Virus record (IMG/VR): IMGVR_UViG_2541047775_000008
Origin: a virus
Taxonomy: Duplodnaviria; Heunggongvirae; Uroviricota; Caudoviricetes
Reading direction: 5' to 3' (one strand)
DNA length: 31,470 bases
The translations under genes and the position numbers were made by a program. Below the pieces are notes generated by a model. It ran no database searches, had not been told where the DNA came from, and saw only the letters and a list, made by a program, of their open reading frames with translations. Every line of letters starts with the position of its first letter. Positions within the stretch are counted from its first letter, which is position 1. Shown in pieces: positions 25,935 through 31,470 of this stretch.

Positions 25935-28374
25935 CAATGTAAAATTACAGGTATTGCTCAGGGCTGTTGACCAGGCATCCCGCCCGTTTAAATCCATCCG
26001 CACAGCGAGCAAATCGCTGTCGGGGGATATCCGGGAAACACAAAAATCACTGCGCGAGCTGAACGGTCAGGCATCCCGTATTGAGGGATTTCGCAAGACC
26101 AGTGCACAGCTCGCCGTGACTGGTCAGGAACTGAAAAAAGCCAGACAGGAAGCCGCAGCTCTGGCTGTCCAGTTTAAAAATACTGAACGACCGACAAATG
26201 CACAGGCAAAGGCAATGGAAGCCGCGCGTAAAAATGCGTCTGAGTTACAGGCGAAATATAACAGCCTGAGATTGTCGGTACAGCGCCAGCGTCAGGAATT
26301 GAGTCAGGCGGGTATTAATACCCGTAATCTGGCGCATGATGAACGAGGGCTGAAAAACCGTATCAGTGAAACCACCACACAGCTTAACCGTCAGCGTGAT
26401 GCGCTGGCGCGTGTCAGTGCGCAACAGGCAAAACTTAACGCAGTAAAACAGCGTTATCAGGCCGGAAAGGAGCTGGCCGGAAATATGGCCTCAGTGGGCG
26501 CTGCCGGTGTGGGGATTGCTGCTGCGGGAACGATGGCCGGAGTTAAGTTGCTGATGCCCGGTTATGAGTTTGCGCAGAAAAACTCAGAATTACAGGCTGT
26601 GCTCGGTGTGGCAAAAGACTCCGCCGAAATGACCGCGCTACGCAAGCAGGCGCGCCAGCTCGGCGACAATACCGCCGCCTCGGCGGATGATGCGGCCGGT
26701 GCACAGATTATCATCGCGAAAGCGGGTGGGGATGTTGATGCCATTCAGGCGGCAACGCCGGTCACGCTGAATATGGCGCTGGCGAACCGCCGCACGATGG
26801 AAGAAAACGCCGCCCTGCTGATGGGGATGAAATCCGCCTTTCAGCTTTCAAACGATAAGGTCGCTCATATCGGGGATGTTCTCTCCATGACGATGAACAA
26901 AACCGCCGCCGATTTTGACGGCATGAGCGATGCGCTGACCTATGCCGCACCTGTGGCAAAAAATGCCGGTGTCAGCATTGAAGAAACCGCCGCAATGGTC
27001 GGGGCGCTGCATGATGCAAAAATCACAGGCTCAATGGCGGGGACGGGAAGCCGTGCCGTGTTAAGCCGCCTGCAGGCACCGACGGGAAAAGCATGGGATG
27101 CACTCAAAGAGCTTGGTGTGAAAACCTCAGACAGCAAGGGAAACACCCGGCCAATATTTACCATTCTGAAAGAAATGCAGGCCAGTTTTGAGAAAAACCG
27201 GCTCGGTACTGCCCAGCAGGCTGAATACATGAAAACTATTTTCGGGGAGGAGGCCAGCTCAGCCGCCGCCGTGCTGATGACTGCCGCCTCAACCGGAAAG
27301 CTGGACAAACTGACCGCTGCGTTTAAAGCCTCAGACGGGAAGACCGCCGAGCTGGTAAATATCATGCAGGACAACCTAGGCGGTGACTTTAAAGAGTTTC
27401 AGTCCGCTTATGAGGCGGTGGGGACTGACCTGTTTGACCAGCAGGAAGGCGCGCTGCGTAAGCTCACGCAGACGGCCACAAAGTATGTGTTAAAACTCGA
27501 CGGCTGGATCCAGAAAAACAAATCACTGGCATCAACCATCGGCCTCATTGTCGGTGGTGCACTGGCGCTGATTGGTGTCATCGGTGCCATTGGTCTTGTA
27601 GCCTGGCCGGTTATCACCGGCATCAATGCCATCATCGCGGCAGCAGGCGCAATGGGTGCAATCTTCACGACGGTTGGCAGTGCTGTTATGACGGCCATCG
27701 GGGCGATTAGCTGGCCGGTTGTGGCCGTGGTGGCCGCCATTGTCGCCGGGGCGTTACTTATCCGTAAATACTGGGAGCCTGTCAGCGCATTCTTTGGCGG
27801 TGTGGTAGAAGGGCTGAAAGCGGCATTTGCGCCTGTGGGGGAACTGTTCACGCCACTTAAGCCGGTGTTTGACTGGCTGGGCGAAAAGTTACAGGTCGCG
27901 TGGCAGTGGTTTAAAAACCTGATTGCCCCGGTCAAAGCCACCCAGGACACCCTGAACCGTTGCCGTGACACGGGCGTCCTGTTCGGGCAGGCACTGGCTG
28001 ACGCGCTGATGCTGCCGCTTAATGCGTTCAACAAACTGCGCAGCGGCATTGACTGGGTACTGGAAAAACTCGGTGTTATCAACAAAGAGTCAGACACACT
28101 TGACCAGACCGCCGCAAGGACTAATGCCGCCACGTATGGCACCGGTGGTTATATTCCGGCGACCAGCTCTTATGCAGGCTATCAGGCTTACCAGCCGGTC
28201 ACGGCACCGGCTGGCCGCTCGTATGTAGACCAGAGTAAAAACGAATATCACATCAGCCTGCCGGGTGGTAATGCACCGGGAACACAGCTCGACCGCCAGT
28301 TACAGGATGCGCTCGAAAAATACGAGCGGGATAAACGTGCGCGCGCCCGTGCCAGCATGATGCATGACGGTTAA
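25927..28374 (+). CDS. T: Tail tape measure protein T, 815 aa
   Basis: Length identical to P2 T; coiled-coil-rich N-terminus and Gly/Ala-rich hydrophobic segment. Confidence 0.9.
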   Translation: MSNNVKLQVLLRAVDQASRPFKSIRTASKSLSGDIRETQKSLRELNGQASRIEGFRKTSAQLAVTGQELKKARQEAAALAVQFKNTERPTNAQAKAMEAARKNASELQAKYNSLRLSVQRQRQELSQAGINTRNLAHDERGLKNRISETTTQLNRQRDALARVSAQQAKLNAVKQRYQAGKELAGNMASVGAAGVGIAAAGTMAGVKLLMPGYEFAQKNSELQAVLGVAKDSAEMTALRKQARQLGDNTAASADDAAGAQIIIAKAGGDVDAIQAATPVTLNMALANRRTMEENAALLMGMKSAFQLSNDKVAHIGDVLSMTMNKTAADFDGMSDALTYAAPVAKNAGVSIEETAAMVGALHDAKITGSMAGTGSRAVLSRLQAPTGKAWDALKELGVKTSDSKGNTRPIFTILKEMQASFEKNRLGTAQQAEYMKTIFGEEASSAAAVLMTAASTGKLDKLTAAFKASDGKTAELVNIMQDNLGGDFKEFQSAYEAVGTDLFDQQEGALRKLTQTATKYVLKLDGWIQKNKSLASTIGLIVGGALALIGVIGAIGLVAWPVITGINAIIAAAGAMGAIFTTVGSAVMTAIGAISWPVVAVVAAIVAGALLIRKYWEPVSAFFGGVVEGLKAAFAPVGELFTPLKPVFDWLGEKLQVAWQWFKNLIAPVKATQDTLNRCRDTGVLFGQALADALMLPLNAFNKLRSGIDWVLEKLGVINKESDTLDQTAARTNAATYGTGGYIPATSSYAGYQAYQPVTAPAGRSYVDQSKNEYHISLPGGNAPGTQLDRQLQDALEKYERDKRARARASMMHDG

Positions 28375-28388
28375 GGAGGTGACGAAAA

Positions 28389-28868
28389 ATGATGCTCGCG
28401 TTAGGGATGTTTGTTTTTATGCGCCAGACGCTGCCGCACCAGACCATGCAGCGTGAATCGGATTATCGCTGGCCGTCAAATTCCCGTATTGGTAAACGGG
28501 ATGCCTATCAGTTTCTCGGTGTGGGTGAGGAAAACATCACGCTGGCCGGTGTGCTTTATCCCGAACTGACCGGCGGCAAGCTGACGATGACCACGCTCAG
28601 GCTGATGGCAGAGGAGGGGCGGGCGTGGCCGTTGCTGGATGGCACCGGCATGATTTACGGCATGTATGTCATCAGCAGGGTGAGTGAAACAGGGAGTATT
28701 TTCTTTGCAGACGGCACACCCCGGAAAATTGATTTTACGCTGTCACTCACCCGCGTTGATGAATCACTGGCCGCGCTTTATGGCGATATCGGTAAACAGG
28801 CGGAATCGCTCATCGGTAAGGCCGGCAGTATGGCGACCAGATTCACAGGTATGACGGGGGCGGGATAA
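28389..28868 (+). CDS. U: Tail protein U, 159 aa
   Basis: Length identical to P2 U; RBS AGGAGG. Confidence 0.85.
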   Translation: MMLALGMFVFMRQTLPHQTMQRESDYRWPSNSRIGKRDAYQFLGVGEENITLAGVLYPELTGGKLTMTTLRLMAEEGRAWPLLDGTGMIYGMYVISRVSETGSIFFADGTPRKIDFTLSLTRVDESLAALYGDIGKQAESLIGKAGSMATRFTGMTGAG

Positions 28869-30031
28869 TGCTGGATGCGCTGACATTTGATGCAGGCAGT
28901 ACGCTGACGCCGGATTACATGCTGATGCTCGACAGCAGGGATATTACCGGCAATATCAGCGACCGTCTGATGAGCATGACCCTGACGGATAACCGGGGCT
29001 TTGAGGCTGACCAGCTTGATATTGAACTGAACGATGCCGACGGGCAGGTCGGGCTGCCGGTTCGTGGCGCTGTCCTGACGGTGTATATCGGCTGGAAAGG
29101 TTTTGCCCTGGTATGCAAAGGGAAATTTACCGTTGATGAGGTTGAACATCGGGGCGCACCGGATGTAGTCACCATCCGCGCCCGGAGTGCAGATTTTCGC
29201 GGGACGCTCAATTCCCGCCGGGAAGGCTCCTGGCATGACACCACGCTCGGTGCGATTGTTAAGGCGATAGCCACCCGTAACAGGCTGGAAGCCAGTGTCG
29301 CTCCGTCACTGGCCGGAATAAAAATTCCACACATCGACCAGTCGCAGGAGTCTGATGCGAAATTCCTGACCCGTCTTGCAGAACGCAACGGCGGTGAGGT
29401 GTCGGTAAAAATGGGAAAACTGTTGTTTCTCAAAGCGGGGCAGGGAGTGACGGCCAGCGGTAAAAAAATCCCGCAGGTCACCATAACCCGCAGCGACGGC
29501 GACCGCCATCATTTTGCGATTGCTGACCGTGGAGCCTATACCGGCGTAACGGCAAAGTGGCTTCACACCAAAGACCCGAAGCCGCAAAAGCAGAAGGTAA
29601 AACTGAAACGCAAAAAGAAAGAAAAACACCTGCGCGCACTGGAGCACCCGAAAGCGAAACCAGTCACGCAGAAGAAAGCGCCAAAAGCGCCGGAAGCGCG
29701 CGAAGGTGAATACATGGCCGGTGAGGCTGACAATGTTTTTGCCCTGACCACGGTATATGCCACGAAAGCGCAGGCCATGCGCGCCGCTCAGGCGAAGTGG
29801 GATAAACTGCAACGGGGCGTTGCGGAGTTCTCCATCAGCCTGGCTACCGGTCGGGCAGATATTTACACGGAAACACCGGTTAAGGTGTCAGGCTTTAAGC
29901 GCGTCATAGACGAGCAGGACTGGACAATCACTAAGGTGACACATTTTCTGAATAATAGCGGCTTCACGACGTCCCTGGAGCTTGAGGTCAGACTTTCTGA
30001 TGTGGAGTACGAAACAGAAGATGATGAGTGA
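28868..30031 (+). CDS. D: Tail protein D, 387 aa
   Basis: Length identical to P2 D; overlapping stop/start TAATG with U. Confidence 0.85.
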   Translation: MLDALTFDAGSTLTPDYMLMLDSRDITGNISDRLMSMTLTDNRGFEADQLDIELNDADGQVGLPVRGAVLTVYIGWKGFALVCKGKFTVDEVEHRGAPDVVTIRARSADFRGTLNSRREGSWHDTTLGAIVKAIATRNRLEASVAPSLAGIKIPHIDQSQESDAKFLTRLAERNGGEVSVKMGKLLFLKAGQGVTASGKKIPQVTITRSDGDRHHFAIADRGAYTGVTAKWLHTKDPKPQKQKVKLKRKKKEKHLRALEHPKAKPVTQKKAPKAPEAREGEYMAGEADNVFALTTVYATKAQAMRAAQAKWDKLQRGVAEFSISLATGRADIYTETPVKVSGFKRVIDEQDWTITKVTHFLNNSGFTTSLELEVRLSDVEYETEDDE

Positions 30032-30112
30032 TGTGGTTTATTTATCTGTTTGTTTTATAAGGATAAATTAACTAAAATAGCACCATCAACAAAACCGGAA
30101 GAGGTGCTCGCG

Positions 30113-30331
30113 ATGTTTCATTGTCCTTTATGCCAGCATGCCGCACATGCGCGTACAAGCCGCTATATCACTGACACGACAAAAGAGCGTTATCACCAGT
30201 GCCAGAACGTGAATTGCAGCGCCACGTTCATCACGTATGAGTCGGTACAGAGATACATCGTGAAGCCGGGAGAAGTCCACGCCGTAAGGCCGCACCCGTT
30301 GCCGTCAGGGCAGCAAATTATGTGGATGTGA
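30113..30331 (+). CDS. ogr: Late-gene transcriptional activator Ogr (zinc finger), 72 aa
   Basis: MFHCPLCQHAAHARTSRYITDTTKERYHQCQNVNCSATF... with a C-x2-C...C-x4-C zinc-binding arrangement; matches my recollection of P2 Ogr. ORF-track start at 30050 is an extension. Confidence 0.9.
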   Translation: MFHCPLCQHAAHARTSRYITDTTKERYHQCQNVNCSATFITYESVQRYIVKPGEVHAVRPHPLPSGQQIMWM

Positions 30332-30341
30332 TCACAAAAAT

Positions 30342-30367
30342 AGCCCCTCAGTTGAGGGGCTTTATTT
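30342..30367 (+). terminator. Rho-independent terminator after ogr
   Basis: AGCCCCTC-AGTT-GAGGGGCT hairpin followed by TTATTTA, 11 nt after the ogr stop. Confidence 0.55.
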
Positions 30368-30459
30368 ATGGTCGATGTGGACGCTATGTGGACAGTGGTT
30401 GACATAAATCCATTTATATCATCAGGTTAGGTGCTTTTTTGTGACACCATCCCTGTCTT

Positions 30460-30487
30460 CCCCCACATGATGTGGGGGTTTTTTTTA
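30460..30487 (+). terminator. Rho-independent terminator in the prophage/host junction region
   Basis: CCCCCACA-TGA-TGTGGGGG hairpin followed by a 9-nt T run. Confidence 0.55.
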
Positions 30488-30567
30488 TCCTCAATTTGCC
30501 TGCTGCTTAATGCATTGCAGATGATTTGCTTCCGTTATACTAGCGTCAGTTGATAGCGGGAGTATTT

Positions 30568-31470
30568 ATGAATCAATCTTATGGACGGCTGGTCAGTCGG
30601 GCGGCGATTGCTGCAACGGCGATGGCTTCACTGCTATTGCTGATTAAAATTTTTGCATGGTGGTATACCGGGTCGGTGAGTATTCTCGCCGCGCTGGTGG
30701 ATTCGCTGGTGGATATCGGCGCGTCGTTGACGAATTTACTGGTGGTGCGATATTCCCTGCAACCTGCCGACGATAATCACTCGTTTGGTCACGGTAAAGC
30801 TGAGTCCCTCGCGGCGCTGGCGCAAAGTATGTTTATCTCCGGTTCGGCACTATTCCTCTTTTTGACGGGTATTCAACATCTGATATCTCCAACACCGATG
30901 ACAGATCCAGGCGTCGGGGTTATCGTGACAATTGTGGCGCTAATTTGTACGATTATCCTTGTCTCGTTTCAGCGGTGGGTGGTGCGCCGGACGCAAAGCC
31001 AGGCGGTGCGGGCTGATATGCTACATTACCAGTCTGATGTTATGATGAACGGCGCAATTCTGCTGGCGCTGGGGTTGTCCTGGTACGGCTGGCATCGCGC
31101 CGATGCTCTGTTTGCATTGGGAATCGGCATCTATATTTTATATAGCGCGTTACGCATGGGATATGAGGCGGTACAGTCATTACTGGATCGCGCATTACCT
31201 GATGAGGAACGGCAAGAAATTATTGATATCGTGACTTCCTGGCCGGGTGTTAGCGGCGCTCACGATCTTCGCACGCGGCAGTCAGGGCCGACCCGCTTTA
31301 TTCAGATTCATTTGGAAATGGAAGACTCTCTGCCTTTGGTTCAGGCACATATGGTGGCGGATCAGGTAGAGCAGGCTATTTTACGGCGTTTTCCGGGATC
31401 GGATGTGATTATCCATCAGGACCCCTGTTCCGTCGTACCCAGGGAGGGTAAACGGTCTATGCTTTCATAA
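30568..31470 (+). CDS. fieF: Host cation diffusion facilitator family Fe/Zn efflux transporter FieF (YiiP), 300 aa
   Basis: Protein [49 protein letters not shown]... matches what I recall of E. coli FieF; six TM helices followed by a cytoplasmic domain. Confidence 0.92.

Larger units (their letters stand above)
1..30400. mobile_element. P2-like temperate prophage, int through ogr; left att junction is outside the window, right junction lies within about 30332..30460
   Basis: Complete P2 synteny: int-C-cox-B-A-(cargo)-cos-Q-P-O-N-M-L-X-Y-K-lysABC-R-S-V-W-J-I-H-G-(invertible segment)-FI-FII-E-T-U-D-ogr. Many protein lengths are identical to P2 (A 761, Q 344, P 590, O 284, N 357, L 169, X 67, Y 93, K 165, FI 396, FII 172, E 91, T 815, U 159, D 387, Ogr 72). 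Confidence 0.9.

Noticed and set aside
26940-28142. Antisense ORFs within the tape measure gene (26940..27374 minus, 27408..28142 minus)
   Set aside because: Antisense to an 815-aa gene whose length matches P2 T exactly; low-complexity Ala/Ser-rich translation.
28915-29812. Minus-strand ORFs overlapping gene D (28915..29484, 29306..29812)
   Set aside because: Antisense to a 387-aa gene matching P2 D in length; repetitive Arg/Phe-rich translation from the lysine-rich coding strand.
30332-30567. Possible tRNA gene at the prophage/host junction
   Set aside because: No cloverleaf-compatible sequence or conserved T-loop (GTTCRA) found by eye; the hairpins present are better explained as terminators.

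Overview
The window is almost entirely a P2-like (Peduovirus-type) prophage, running from the integrase stop codon at position 1 to ogr at about 30.33 kb, followed by the prophage/host junction and the host cation-efflux gene fieF (30568..31470). Gene order, protein lengths and several protein sequences match what I recall of coliphage P2. No database search was run, so all family assignments come from recognition of sequence, length and synteny. Three things depart from canonical P2. (1) At the position where P2 carries tin/old (between replication gene A and the cos site) there is an AT-poor-to-AT-rich switch into a single-gene cargo island encoding a 298-aa protein (7357..8253) that I cannot assign to any family. 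This is the best candidate for an undescribed accessory or anti-phage function. (2) Where P2 carries Z/fun there is instead a Gin/Cin-type invertible tail-fibre segment with two 26-bp inverted crossover sites and a serine invertase. (3) A small reverse-oriented gene sits inside the early operon. The left attachment site lies outside the window. No rRNA, tRNA or CRISPR array was seen.
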